DNA from: the human T2T-CHM13v2.0 reference genome, Homo sapiens
Assembly: GCF_009914755.1 (NCBI RefSeq)
Contig: NC_060929.1
DNA: 64,000 nucleotides
Strand: one strand, 5' to 3'
Positions within the stretch are counted from its first letter, which is position 1; every line of letters begins with the position of its first letter. The notes under the pieces were generated by a model that saw only the letters and a program-made list of their open reading frames with translations, was not told where the DNA came from and did no database searches. Shown here one piece after another: positions 39,106 through 54,778 of this stretch. The translations under genes and the position numbers were made by a program.

Positions 39106-41636
39106 ACATTTTAGACCTAGAAAAGAAATGACCTTGTAGATAAAGATGGCTAGCTTCAAATCCAGGAAGGCTATTGCAGAGAAGACAGATTAGACTTTTC
39201 CAGTACAGCTTTTAGAGGACAGAAGTTGCAAATAATGAGATTTTTGCTTAATATAAGTAAGAAGTTTTGGATGATTACAGTTACCCCAAAATGGGATAAC
39301 ATGCCTCATTAGGTTGTGATTACAGCTGACATTAAAGCCATTTGGGAAGAAAATGACTGCTGGAACGGTACTGCCTTTCTTCTCCTGCCACAAACCTTTT
39401 GCAGGGGTTATGCAGCCCCCTGTCCCCATCCTCCCTGGCAGGGGGCTGTGGCGATGGGACTGAGCTCTCACCCCGGGGTGTGAGCCCGAGACTGGCAACT
39501 TCTGTGCCACTTGCCCTCCCCTCTCCCCTCTCTCACCCTATGGGCTGGAATGAGAAGTGGGCAGAGCCAGGGTGCTTTGCTTACACAGGCAGGAATGATG
39601 TTTCTTTTGCAAGGCAGAGCAATGTGACAGGCATCAAGGTCACCTGCTGGCCTTGGGCCACCTGCCTGAGCACGTACAGCTCCATGAGAGGGAAAGGGAT
39701 CCCTGTGTAGTCTCAGCTCCTATAGTTTTGGGTCCCAACCAATGCAACTACTTCTTGGAGATGTTGTGCAGATTATTAAGGTATCATCTAAGAATTTATA
39801 CATGATGATTTCTATAATCTTTTAATTCTATGACCTCCCCCTCACCCATCTTCTTTCCTTCAAAACCAGCCATCCTGACAGTTCCCCAACCATAGTCAAA
39901 CATAAGCACCCTATTATTTCAGTCACTCCATTTCTTTTTAAGTCCCAAGGTTCTAAAAAGTCAAGAACTTTCCATCTCCTACTTCTCTTGTACCCCGACA
40001 TCCAGTCTCTTCCCATGGCACATCGTCTTTTCCTTTAGAAAATATCCTCTGCAATGACACAAAACATCTAAGTTCTATTTGCGGTTATCTAAACTTAAAG
40101 ACTGGCTTTAAAAGGGTGATGCATTCTTTAGCCTGCAAGTGATCACATTCTCCTACATCTGTTGATGTTCCATTAGGGCAAAATAACCCAGAAGGCCAAG
40201 CTTCACAAAAGTCAAAGGTTCCGATGATACAAATATGCTTTGGTTCCAAATGCAGCATGAATCAAACATAGTTTTATATTAATCAATACACCCAGCTGGA
40301 AGAATATTCTGATTTGAATCAGAATGTGTCTCCCTAGATAACATAAAGTAGGTGAGCTAATGAAATGACATTCTGGCCTCTGTACCTGGGTTCGACAAGA
40401 AAATGAGCATGACAGATGGCGCCGAATTCTGTTCCACGGACATGTAACTCTCAATCCAATTCCCATCTCTCCCCTCACACTTTCCCTTTTATCCATAATG
40501 TCCTTATCTCTTACCTCCTAATTATGCAAACTCCATAAATGCCTCTCCAGATTTGGTCTATAAGTTTCTTTCCCTTAATTCATGCTTTAAAATTTGTAGT
40601 ATGTAATTCAGAACTGAATGAAGTTGCCCATTATAGTTTCATATTTCATCTTTACCCCTAGTACCTCCTTCCCATATCTTATGTTTTCCTTTGGAACGCT
40701 TCCTTTGCTAAGCCTAGAATAGATGTTTAATAAATAGATTCGAAGCATGGATAATTAAAAGATATGGATCAGACATTTTTTCAATGATATGCAAATTGTC
40801 AGTGAAGAACAAAATAGAAATCTATTTCCCCACTGATTAAAAACAATTCATAAAGATGAATGAATTTGGTTTTCTCACAAAGGAGCTTTTCAAAAGGAAA
40901 GCTTTTTTGAATTTTGAGCTTTGCTATTAGCAGCACTTATGACACTGGGCACAAAGATCTTCCTTTCATTTCACAACTGCATAATTTGGTAATTATTAAG
41001 AACAGCTCTTTCTCGATATTTTTAAATCATGGGTCCACTGAAAACATCACCATTCATTTGTCCAGTCCATCCTTCTTGAATCTCTTCAAATGAAACATAT
41101 TTTAAGCATCTTCAACTCTTGAGTTTTAGCTCCATTAAATTCCTGTCAACACATTCTTTTTTTCATGGAAATAGACAGACAATTATGCTTTTTGAACTCT
41201 ACTAACAACAATGAAAAACATTAAGATGGAAGACTCATATGACTATTCAAGAAAGAGCCTGGAGAGTGTCTAAAAGCTGCTTCCCTTCAATGCACAGAAG
41301 TATCAGAAGGTTTATTTCAGCAAACAGGAAACGTTCAGGATCTAAAGGAAAGAGGGTTTTATTTCAGGCAGTAATATTTCATTGAGCTTCTGGAGCCACT
41401 GATTCAGAATGGCCAGTTCCTTTCTAATTTATACCATGTTCCTCATTTCTGGCTGCCTATTTAGCTGAAGGACTCTTTCCTGGGAGAGACTTCATTTGCC
41501 TCCTGGAGGAATTCAAGAAGGAATTAACTAAGGAGGCTGGGATAGGAATTTCAAACAAAATAGAATGGAACCCAAAACATTGTAGATAAAAGGCTTATGC
41601 TAACCCATTATATGAAATGCTTTGTGAAGGACTTAA

Positions 41637-41851
41637 CAGTTGTCCCTTGAGCCATATGGGTTTAACACTGTGGGTCCACTAATATGCAGATTTTTTTCAA
41701 CCAAATGCAGATAAAAAATACAGTATTTGCGAGATGCAAAACCCATGTATAAGGAGGGCTGACTAATTTCCATAGGGCCTTGAATATTCACGGATTTTGC
41801 TATCTGCCGCAGTCCTGGAACCAATCCCCTGTGTATACTGAGGGATGACTC
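41637..41851 (-). mobile_element. MER8 (Tigger-derived MITE)
   Basis: TIR-like ends cagttgtccctt.../...gagggatgact; internal 'gggtccact..tatgcagatttttttcaaccaaatgcagat.aaaatacagtatttgcg.gatgcaaaacc'. Confidence 0.8.
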
Positions 41852-42403
41852 TCATTGATCTAGAACTTCCACTTAATTTTGCATTCTGTTTCAACTTAAA
41901 CACACTTCCTCTTAGGGAACAGGAAAATTTTGAAAGAGAAATATATAGGCTACACTTTATAAAACTTCAAGTGCAAAGTAATGAATAGTTAAGGGAAGTT
42001 AGAAAGGCCTTGGGGGAAATCTAGAAATAGACTCTAACTTAGTTGAGACAGCTATTAAATATTTTTTTCCCCCATTGCTTAGAAAAATACAAATTTTCCC
42101 TCTGGCAAGATGGGTCTCATTCCCTATGATGTGAGCCCCTTACTGTGGTCCCACGTCCCTGGCCAGTGAGTGGCCGGTGACCTGGGGGATGGGGGCTATA
42201 GATGGGGATGGAGGCAGCAATGATCTTGGCTTTCCCACTCCCTGCAAGTGGCCAGGGGGCTGCAGGTGGGTGCTGTGGGCAGTTGCTGATGGAAGCCCAG
42301 GCACCCTTCTGTAGTCCTGTTTGTGCTTCCTGAATCCCTGCATGGAAACCAATGCCTATGCCATTCTCCCCGCTTATTGGTGATGTCCTCTATCCCCTAT
42401 ATA

Positions 42404-42716
<313 letters not shown>

Positions 42717-43160
42717 TAACTCGAATTTAAACTCCCATGCTTGCTGGCCTTGTCACAATAAAACAACAACTTCTGGGAAATGTTAAAAAAAAAAAATTCT
42801 CCCCTCCTAACCAAAAAGGAAAAGTTAGGCACCCCTTATTGAGCAGATTTTGGAAATGAGGCCTTGAATAAAACTTTCTAGATGTGACTTTTTTCTCTTA
42901 AGGGATTTTTGAGCCATGTTGGGGGTGAAGACTCTTTGGAGGTATGCGATATGAATTCCTGCCTGCCTTGTGAGAGGAACAAATGCCGAGCATCTTGGTG
43001 ATCCACGTTTGTCACTGGGAGCACTGTCTTTTTCCTTCTGGCCAGTAACACTGTGAGGTTCTCAGGGGCTTAGTGACGTGGGCCAGACAGTTGAGTCTCC
43101 TATTCAGTGTTCCTAGTTTGCAGTGGTTCTTGATTTCCTGAATTACGTGCTCTGTTTCTC

Positions 43161-43250
43161 TCTTTCCATATATAAAGATATATATACATATATATATATA
43201 TATCTTTCCATATATATATATATCTTTCCATATATATATATATATTTCCA
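43161..43250. repeat. (TA)n microsatellite interrupted by TCTTTCCA (higher-order units)
   Basis: Visible. Confidence 0.9.
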
Positions 43251-43573
43251 AAATTACTTGTTAACATTTGTTGATTTTTTTTTCCCCAAAATCCCTCTGT
43301 CATTACTTGTTAGTCTACTGTAGAATACTGAAGCTCAGGAAAATGAGCTTATTTTCTTTTCTGTAAGATGACTTAGGGTAAGACCCTGTGAGCACAGGTC
43401 TGTCCAGTCCAGAAAGTTCATGGATCTTAGGAGCTACTCAGGGGACACATTGCCTCTTTTCTGGCTTCTTCACTGATTCTCGTTTCAGTTGTGTTTCAAT
43501 GACTGAGGCTGTGGGAAAGTGCCCTCCACGTCTGTGACGCCTCTCAGGGTCCCGTGTTGAGTGTTTGGACTCA

Positions 43574-44837
<1,264 letters not shown>

Positions 44838-45801
44838 AATTCCTTTGACTTAAAGACAGAATTTTAGATCCTTTCATGAATCCAGATGAAGCTGCATTTC
44901 ATTCTCATATAATCAATGCTGAACAAAGATTAAATGTGATGTTTTGTTGTATTTTATCATTTAGCTAAATATTTGTTCATGACAATAGCCAAGCAACTCT
45001 AGAAAAACATATATTAATATTCAGGTCGTGATAGTGTAGTTGAAATACAATTAGTGTGCAAAAATGCTTCTGAGTAGAAACAAAAGTGTAGTTTTTGTTT
45101 CTATCTTTTGCATAGTTACAAAACCAAAAGAGACTGTGAATGTGTAACGAACAGCAGGTTTTAACCTCTCAATTAAAATGCCAATACATCACAGTGTTAT
45201 ACTAACATGTGAAGGTTAAAGAAACTTTGCTTTCTTTTTAGACTTTAATTTTGATGCATTCACTAGATGGATGCCATGGAAATTTCTACCTGAAAAACTC
45301 TTCTAAATATTGATTGAAGGGCTTGGACAATTGTGTGTTTCTAATGTGACAAGTGATTATAACCCAAGCCACAATACACAGTTCTTTACTGACAGTAACA
45401 GTTAAGACTGTTAATAGCTTTTCCGTCTTATGACAAAATATAGTGACACATTCAACACTACTTCCCATATAACTGTTAAAATTGGGGAAAAAAAACCAAA
45501 TGTATTCTTGAGACAGATGAACATGATAGAATGTCCATAATGTATGTTTAAAATGATGTGAAAAGAATAAATAATTAAGATTTCAAAATGGCGAGTATAA
45601 GACTACTATAAGAGTTAATAACAATTACACAATTGGAGTTTGATCTTCACTAGAGCTGTCACATCAGGGGTGGTGAGGACTTCAGTTGGTGCAGTTCATT
45701 GTGGCTGTCAACACAGCTGTGCCAGCGGTGGGATCACAGAACACTAGCCCCCTTGGTTGTGTCCGCCAGACGCTGTGAGTTGTGCAGTTCTGATAGACTG
45801 T

Positions 45802-45827
45802 GATTGGCAACTCGCCAATCTGACTCA
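45802..45827. promoter_or_regulatory. Candidate composite NFI + AP-1 site
   Basis: GA-TTGGC-AACTC-GCCAA-TC (exact TTGGC-N5-GCCAA) immediately followed by TGACTCA. Confidence 0.55.
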
Positions 45828-46668
45828 TTAACATCACTGCACATTTAAGCTTGTATATATATATATGTATATATAAAGAACATGTATAAATACATAAACT
45901 AGAGCATCATAGCAAGGCACGTTTCTTCCATCTGTGTTTTCCCATACTATCACAAATAAAAATCAGGTTTGAACTGAACTTATTTCTAGAAATAAGTTTT
46001 TAAGGAATAATTTAGGGTGGGCAAATTAGCAATCATTTTATAAATAAGCTATGGTGTATTTGTATACCTACCGTTCCCAATTATTAAATTATCCTCAGTT
46101 CCAAAAATTTGATTTTCAATAAATAAATTCTATTTCCTTAAAATTTGTCTAGAAGTCCATGGGAATCTCCATACCTACTATTATAATAGAATTGAGTCAG
46201 AAATGGTGAGTTTCATGCTCAAATTTGGAGCAATTCTCCTGAATTCATTTTGTTTTAAGAGCAGTGAAAAGCAATAATAAAACTGAAGTGTAGGTAGGAG
46301 ACGAGGATAAATGCAGTTATAAAAACCTTGTTTTGATCTCCAAATTAGTCAGTATATATATAAAAAAAGAGATAAGCTACATGAAACAGTGAATGAGACT
46401 GACTAAGCAGGAGAACTGTAACCAGGAAGATGCTTGATTCAATCCAATTTAACACTTCTTATTAAACTCGTAAATCCAGGCTGTTGGCATTGGAAAAAGA
46501 GATAAAGGAACAACAAGACAGAATGAGCGCCTATTCTATAAGTAAATTTTCAGCCAAATTAAAGGGCATTTATGAGATCATCTTTAGTGAAAAAAATCTT
46601 CCCATTAACAATAATCAAGATTGGACCTGGCTTATCAGGACCTTAGCAACATGGATCTGTATTATTTT

Positions 46669-46733
46669 ATAGATGGTTTCTTCAAGTGATTTGTAATATC
46701 ATTTCATAGATGGTTTCTTCGAGTGATTTGTAA
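46669..46733. repeat. Tandem duplication, 37-bp period
   Basis: ATAGATGGTTTCTTC(A/G)AGTGATTTGTAA at 46669-46696 and 46706-46733. Confidence 0.88.
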
Positions 46734-48389
46734 ATTAGTTTCACCAAATAATTTTATTTGACCATAGGACTCAATAAAACTTTTTTTTCTCTTTAGGCCC
46801 ATTTAGTGATGCTTATTGCAGTAGGAATGCTCATAAAGTTGGAGAGAATTAATATATGCCAAACCACTCCTCAAAGCTCTCTAACTGTATAATTCAGAGA
46901 AAATACTTTAATCTTTGAATGTCTCATGAATATAGACAAGAATATATCAGATTGTTTTGCAGACTACGGTTTTATTGTGTGTGTGGGTGTGTATGCTCAA
47001 GAAAGCATTACCATATTAAGATCTTAATGCTCAAAACAGGTAAGCACTTCAATTAGAGATTCCAAAGGTCTATTGAAGCTAAATAAAGAAGAAAACCATA
47101 TGGTTTCCTGCCTACGTAGGATAGCACTTTATTGTAAGTACAATATCATAAGATATAGCTCAAGCCAACAGTCTCCACTGCGCAATTATTATATGAGTCC
47201 AGTGGGGCTTTTCTACTTAATATGAGAAAACATTCAAATCCAAATGCAAAATTGTTGATTGAGCCTATTTGGAGGTCTCTGGGTGCTTAAACAGAAACTC
47301 CAAATCTTCTATAATACATTGGTACTATCCTGAATTAAGTGAAATAATGAGACAGAATTTCCAGAAAGTTTCAAAGTGCGTCCCTCAAAGTGTTTAATAA
47401 CAACAAACTATTTAGCATTTACATGTAAAAGAATGGGGGGTGGGGGTGGCTTGGCAGGGAATGAAAAGTCAAGAAATAGACTCTTGATAACAAAATGTTT
47501 ACCCTTTTAATCTTATTTAATTACATCGAGGGACTTCCAAGAGGCAAAATTTAATTAAGGTTAGTGAAGGTTTCTGTAAAATTGACACCTTGCTGATATA
47601 CCGATGCGCTGGCTTGTGAAGCTATTTTCCAGCTGTATATAGTAAGATACTGTTGGTTCTTAAAAACTAGGAGGCATTCTTATTCAAGGAGGTGCAGTTG
47701 CTTTGACACCAAGTCTCATCTCTTTTTGTTCTATCTGCACGAAGGCCCTCCTTTCTCACCACTATCTGCACTGCCTGGGAAATTTCTACTCATTCTTTAA
47801 GATTTGATTATCAACTCTTCCAGCTAGCATATTGTGACAGCCTCTCCCTTAGGTTTAGATTGGAAAGTATAGGCATAGTGACTTGTTAAATTAAATATTT
47901 GCCCCACATCTCACAGCTTGTAAGGGAGGGTACTAGATGAGAACTGAGTTCTCTGACTCCATCATGCCCTGTCTCCTCCCCCATCCTTCCTGCATGGTGA
48001 CTTGCTATGACTTGGTGGCTACTGTGATGTTGGTAAGGTGGACCTGACTTGGTTGCAGAGCTGAAGAGGCACAGAGCAGAGGGATGTAGAGACATCATCA
48101 ACACACGGACTTCCCACCACAGAGGAACAACAACAAAATACCTTCATGTATCCAGGTTGAACTCGTGTCGCTGCCATGTGGAAGGAGCACATGGGTGTGC
48201 TGGATCGTCAAGTCCATTTTACCAACAGTAAGAGAGAAGACTGGAAACCATTTGCCATTTTCCTTCTCTTGATTCTCAGAGACAAATGCTTTCCAGTGAC
48301 AGTCATAGTACTACCCGTCATCAGGAGTTGAAAGGCACATTCAGAACCAATTTTACCAGGACAGAGATATGGCGTCACCAGGTAACTTA

Positions 48390-48764
<375 letters not shown>

Positions 48765-50976
48765 CTACAGAGAAAAACAGTCATTCCTCATGGCAGTGCA
48801 TCCACTCTGCTGCTAGATTGACCTGGGATCAAATCACTGGCCAAGTTATTTCATGCCTCTGAAGCCTCAGTTTTTTCAATCTCTAAAGGAAGACAATAAT
48901 GGTACCTGCCATACAAGGTTGCTGTAAAGCATAAATGAGTGAATGTATGGAAATGAACAAGGACACAGGACTCCATAGGTATTAGCTATTATTATGTTCT
49001 TGCTTGATGTTTATAGAAGTCAAGAAAAATGTATGGGAATTCTAACATAACCCTCAAAAATACCTTAATGAAAGCTATGTTGCGGCCTGTATTTTTTAAA
49101 AAGAGTCAAAGCAAAAATGTGTGGGGAACATGATCACATATGTGAGTACTGAGCTTTGATTCATTTAAAGCAAGGAGAAACACTGAAAGCAGGAGAGAGG
49201 TACTTGACAATCTATAACTATGTGTCCTCTGAACTATAGTAACCTGATGCTGTTTGTCTCTCTGATGGGATTTTATTGTGTAGTTCTACCAGGTAACACT
49301 TACTAATTTGGTGTGTTTTTGTGTGAAAAATATAATACAATCCAATTCTGCTTCCTTAATTCACTTTAACATTATTAATCTTACTATTCCCAATGACAAA
49401 GGTACTTATAATGACATATTTATGGAGTACTTTTAGTTTACAAAGCACTTTAGGCATTACCAATAGCCCTGCAAGACAATTAATTTATCCCACCTGCAGC
49501 TTCCATTTCTGCTCCTTTAATTGACTTCTGGAAGTAAGTAAATGAGTGCCTGTAGCAAAGCTGGCTGTTCTCACATTTTTCAGATGGAATTGGCAAGTGC
49601 CTAAAGTTAGATCCCTTTCTTGTCTCCCATCCCCCAATTAGGCACATTTAGCTAGCTCCTAAAGGCTGTTTGAAATATTTCACCTCCATGTACATATCTA
49701 TAAATAATAGTCTTCTTCTGCTATTTAATTCTCTGGTGTATGGTGCCTGGCAGCAGGAAGGGAACCTTGTGGGAGTAGGCGATGATATCTTAATTCCAGG
49801 CAGTGATACATAAAACACAGGCCCTTGTAATTTTGGTATCTGCTCTTATCCTATGTTTAGGTGGCTTATTTTAGCTTAGAGAGAAAATGCTGATACTTAA
49901 ATTACTGAAATAGAAAAGTGTGTTCATTCACTTGATGATAGCTGAGGAAGTGTCTGACAAAAATGGTTTGCCTGCAAACCCCCAAATGTAGCATATTTAT
50001 TTTCTAATGACAGCACCTAAAATAGTTTATCTATTTATCATTAAATCAGCCTTAACTCTGGTTAAGAGTTTACTTTCGTAGGGCTCAGCATGCTGGAGAT
50101 TCTACCAGTTCATTAACCCCCACAAACCATTAGAAGACAAATTTGAGCTCCACAGACATGAAATGATCAATGTGTTCCTTTTTCCTTTTTCTTATAAGGA
50201 AAGTGATGAAGGAAGGGCAAAATAACTGAAAAAATACTCCAGTCATTGTATATACGGGGACATTTACACCCTTGACTGTGTATGGAGGACTGGTTTCATG
50301 ACCTTGGACACTGTCAAGGTTAAAACCAAAAATGAAGAGAGGGTTAAGAATTTGGCTGTAGCATTTTTTAGTTTTGTTGGTATTATCATTTTGAAAATTA
50401 TGTCAGATAAATATGAAGATGTAGTCTCATCCTCCATGGCTTTCCAATCCTTGAGTCCTGATTAAGATGCGGGTCTCCCTGTAATGTTAGTTTATTTATA
50501 GATAATAAGTAGATGGCAGGGTACCCAACCCCTGCAGAGCAGCCTCTTCCACTCACCCCAATGTGCCATTCAAGTACTATCATTTTCCATGTGCCCCATG
50601 GTATGGAAAAGACCAGGAGTCACTGTTATATTTAACTTACCCCAACTTTACTGTCGAGGAAACTCATTGGATTTATCTTATTTCTAGTATTTCCAATATA
50701 GGTTACTGACATTTTACTAGGCAATTGGAGATTTTTCATTAAGTCTATTTATCAGTCTACTATTTATCAGTCTATCTGGAGGAATATATTTTAGTCCAAA
50801 TTTTTGACCATCCAAGTAAAGAAACAAATCAGGTAATATTATTCCACGGAGAAGAAAACCTCGGGGCAGTTTGTTAATTATTTTAAAAGTTTACAATTCT
50901 TTTTTAGCCTTTGATTATGTGTTGAAAAATGCTGTCTTTTTACAGTGAAATTTAAATCCTATCTTCACAAGAAATT

Positions 50977-51462
50977 TGGGTAGCAAAAAAAGATTTTTAG
51001 CTCTTTCTAGTGTTTAGAAACTTTGAAGCTGATTAGGGAAATAATAAAATGTGGGACATAGAATAATTACAGATGCAAGTGACCTTGTGTTGTATGTTTA
51101 TAACAGTAGTTCAGGGAAGAGACAAGTTAGATAGGACTGGAGTTATTATGGAAGGCTTGATTCAGGAGGTGTACATTTAGGATTTTTTCTTGTATGTCAA
51201 GGGGGCAACAAGAACAACTTGATATTTTACAAAAAGAATTCTGGTGCATTAAGAAGGAAGGTTTCAGAATAGTAAAACTGAGGGTGGAAGAAACATAGTC
51301 TTTTTCTTGACAATAATGTTCTCTTCTTCTAGACTTCTAGTGAAATTATAAGCACTACAACTCAAGGTAGTGTGCTTCTATAACTGTTCCATATCCTGTA
51401 TTTTCTTTTTAACCTAAGTTTCTAAACACTTGAAAGAGCTAAAAAGCTATTCTTGCTGCCCA
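50977..51462. repeat. Long degenerate palindrome / inverted repeat
   Basis: Outer 47 bp match at 42/47 (50977-51023 vs 51416-51462); similarity continues inward. Confidence 0.88.
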
Positions 51463-51959
51463 GTAGGAGGAATCTTGATTCCTCTCCTTCTACTGTTTCA
51501 GGCAGACTTTTGGGTCTTTGAGGTCTGAGATTTCTTCAGAGGGTAAAAGAAGTTAATTCCCTTTTTTTGTATCACATTGGCAACAGGAAACTGCAAAGTG
51601 GGTGGTTCAAACTTTTTTTATAGTTTCACACCATCAAGGTGGTCAAATTGTTTCCTTTTCTTTTTAGAGAGAGAAATGGATGGAGGTAGGGTTCTTTTAG
51701 GACTGGGGAAGAAAGAGGCTGGATCACCAGGTGGAGGTTGTGGGCAGTTCTTCACAGTCCCAGGGACAGAAAGGGCACCTAGAGCCCAGCTGTGGTCCTG
51801 TGGTGCACTGAGATTCTCTGTGGATGCAGAGCATAAGCTTCCTCCTGTGTTTGAGCCTGGCATGGGGCAGAAGAAGTGCCTGTCTTGGAATGACCTGCTT
51901 AGGCCCTCAAAAGGAGCAGGCACCAGTAACCACTGCAAATAGATGACTGCTCCAGCTGA

Positions 51960-52283
<324 letters not shown>

Positions 52284-52825
52284 ACTCTACCTTCTAGATT
52301 TAATTTGATTAAAAGATATGACACAGACTGAAAATAATAGAGTGATTCATTCATTTGGCAGGAAACTATAATATTTCAGGAACAAACAAGAACCTGTGAC
52401 TACAAAAAGGTGGTCATGGGAGGATCAAGGACATGAGAGCAGCCATTATGGAAATTCTTAAGAAGCAACTGACAGGGCTTGGAGCCCAGGGAAATGTTGA
52501 GGTAATGCAGGGAAACAGGATTCAGAGATTTCACGCGGGAATAACACAGAGGGTAGTAAAAACCAAGTGAATTTTAAAGCTTAATATTAATGGATAAATT
52601 GAATGTTATTTTTCCACACAAAGAAAAACATGCAAAATTAGTTATATTACTTATATGAGAGAATCACGTACCAAAATCCCGTCAGAGAGACAAGCAGGTC
52701 ATCAGGTTCAAAGAATACCTGGATTTATGAAAGCAAAGTGGATACCTTGCCTTGCTTCTATTTTGAATAAATGTGCTACCAACGATCCACTATCATGGAC
52801 TCACATCTGAAAAAGGGAAATCATG

Positions 52826-52932
52826 GTGCTCGCTTCGGCAGCACATATACTAAAATTGGAATGATACAGAGAAAGATTAGCATGGCCCCTGTGCAAAGAT
52901 AATACATAAATTTGTGAGGCGTTCCATCTTTT
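52826..52932 (+). pseudogene. Full-length U6 snRNA retro-pseudogene (RNU6-P type)
   Basis: GTGCTCGCTTCGGCAGCACATATACTAAAATTGGAA...ACAGAGA(A)AGATTAGCATGGCCCCTG...GCGTTCCAT.TTTT matches U6 with several substitutions and a 1-nt insertion; no recognisable PSE/TATA upstream. Confidence 0.93.
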
Positions 52933-53994
52933 GTTTTTTTAAAAAGAAAAGCTTGTTCTTTGTCAGATCAAAACAATACAAAACAAGACTGTACCACCAC
53001 CACTACCACAAACAAAGTCACTCTTTCTTGCTACAGTTCCCAACAGAAATGAATCCTTGGGCCATTTCTTTTAAGTTACTTAGTCTCTAGTAACAATGAC
53101 TATATGTCTGATTTTTGCAATACTGGTAAGAGACTACCATTGGTGATAACATAATTGTGCAGAAAAAGGACTGTATTTTCATCAATGATGGACTAACTGA
53201 AACCTTGTAACTTTGCTACCCTTTCCACTGTGTGTATGTGTGTGTGTGTGTGTTTCCTTCAAATACCTGTATTTTGTATTTGGTGAACCAGTTTTCTAAA
53301 TCCAGATTTTCTTGAAAAACTGCAAGTAAAGATTATTTTCTCTTTACAGTGCTTCATTCTCGAACTCTTCTGTTAAGCATTGTTGGGCACACCAAGGTAC
53401 CCCAAGGGACTCACTCAGGAGACCTAACAAACCATGTTGCCCAAGAAAGGCACTCCTTGCAGACCGCTTGTGCAGAAAGGAGCTGGTGGGGATTTCATGA
53501 TGAGGTAACAGCCTTGCTCTCGTTGACTGCTTCGGTTTCCATGTTGTGTTTGTGACTTTCTGTTTCTATTTCTGAACTAAGCCTGTATTTGTTACTGATG
53601 TGCATACTACCATTTGGTTTTCGCATTGGTGGCAGGAATGTTGAGTGGTGGTCTTATGGTCTAAAGACCTGCATTCTCTAAGGCAGCAGACAACAGGGAA
53701 GTCACTTGAGTTCCTTCCTACACTTACTATAGATCTCTTCTGATCACTGATGGAGTCCTATGTGTAGATGGTCTTTGTTGTGCACCATTATAAACTTAAA
53801 TGTCTCAAACTGATTAGAGAAAATATATTTTTCCAGAAGGTCAGCTGGACTGGAGAGTAACCCCGGATGAGAAACATCACAACTCCTTTGTCTTCGAGGT
53901 TTAAGTAGTTCTATGGCCCTCCTGTTTCTGCAGCTGCTAAAACTGATCTGTGGGTTTTTGCTGAGGTGCTCTGAGTTTATTTTTTCTAAAAAAC

Positions 53995-54778
53995 TTCTTT
54001 ATTGCAGTAAAATACTTATAAAATTTACCATTTTATCCATTTTAAGTATATAGTTCATTGATATTATGTAGACTCATATCATTCTACAATCATATATCTC
54101 CAAAACTCTTTTCATCTTGCAAAATTGAAACTTTAAAAGCATTTAAACAACTCCCCAACCCTTCCCTTCAGTCCCTGGAAACCCCCATTCTACTTTCTGT
54201 CTCTTTGAATTTGACAACCAGGTACCTCATATAAATGGCATCATAAAGGATTTGTCTTTTTGTGATTGGATTATTTCACTTAGCATAATGTTCTTAAGGT
54301 TCATCCATGTTGTAGCATATGTCAGAATGTACACTCTTTTTTTCTTTTTTTCCAAGCAGGGTCTCATTCTGTCATCCAGGGTGTAGTGCACTGGTGCAAT
54401 TTCAGCTGACTGCAACCTCTGCCTCCTGGGTTCAAGCAATTCTCATTCCTCAGCCTCCTGAGTAGCTGAGATTACAGGTATGTGACACCCCACCCAGCTA
54501 ATTTTTTGTATGTTTAGTAGATACAGGGTGTCACTATGTTGGCCAGGCTGGTTTGAACTCCTGGCCTCAAGTGATCTGCCCACCTTGGCCTTCCAAAGTG
54601 CTGGCAGTACAGGCGTGAGCCACTGCACCCAGACAGAACTTTCTTTTCAAGACTGAATAATATTCCATTGCATGTATATATCATATTTTGCTATTCTTCT
54701 GTTGACGAAAAATTGGGTTGATACTTCATTTTCACTCTTGAGAATAATGGTGTGAACACGGATGTACAAATATCCTTT
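53995..54778 (-). mobile_element. L1MB-type 3' fragment with nested Alu
   Basis: Reverse L1M 3'UTR ('tttaccattttatccattttaagtatatagttca', 'cttagcataatgttcttaaggttcatccatgttgtagcat'). Confidence 0.8.
54337..54632 (-). mobile_element. Alu (old, AluJ/S-like)
   Basis: Alu consensus. Confidence 0.93.

Noticed and set aside
40408-40424. CAGATGGCGCC CTCF/YY1-like motif
   Set aside because: The 5' half of the CTCF core does not match; an isolated motif with no supporting context.
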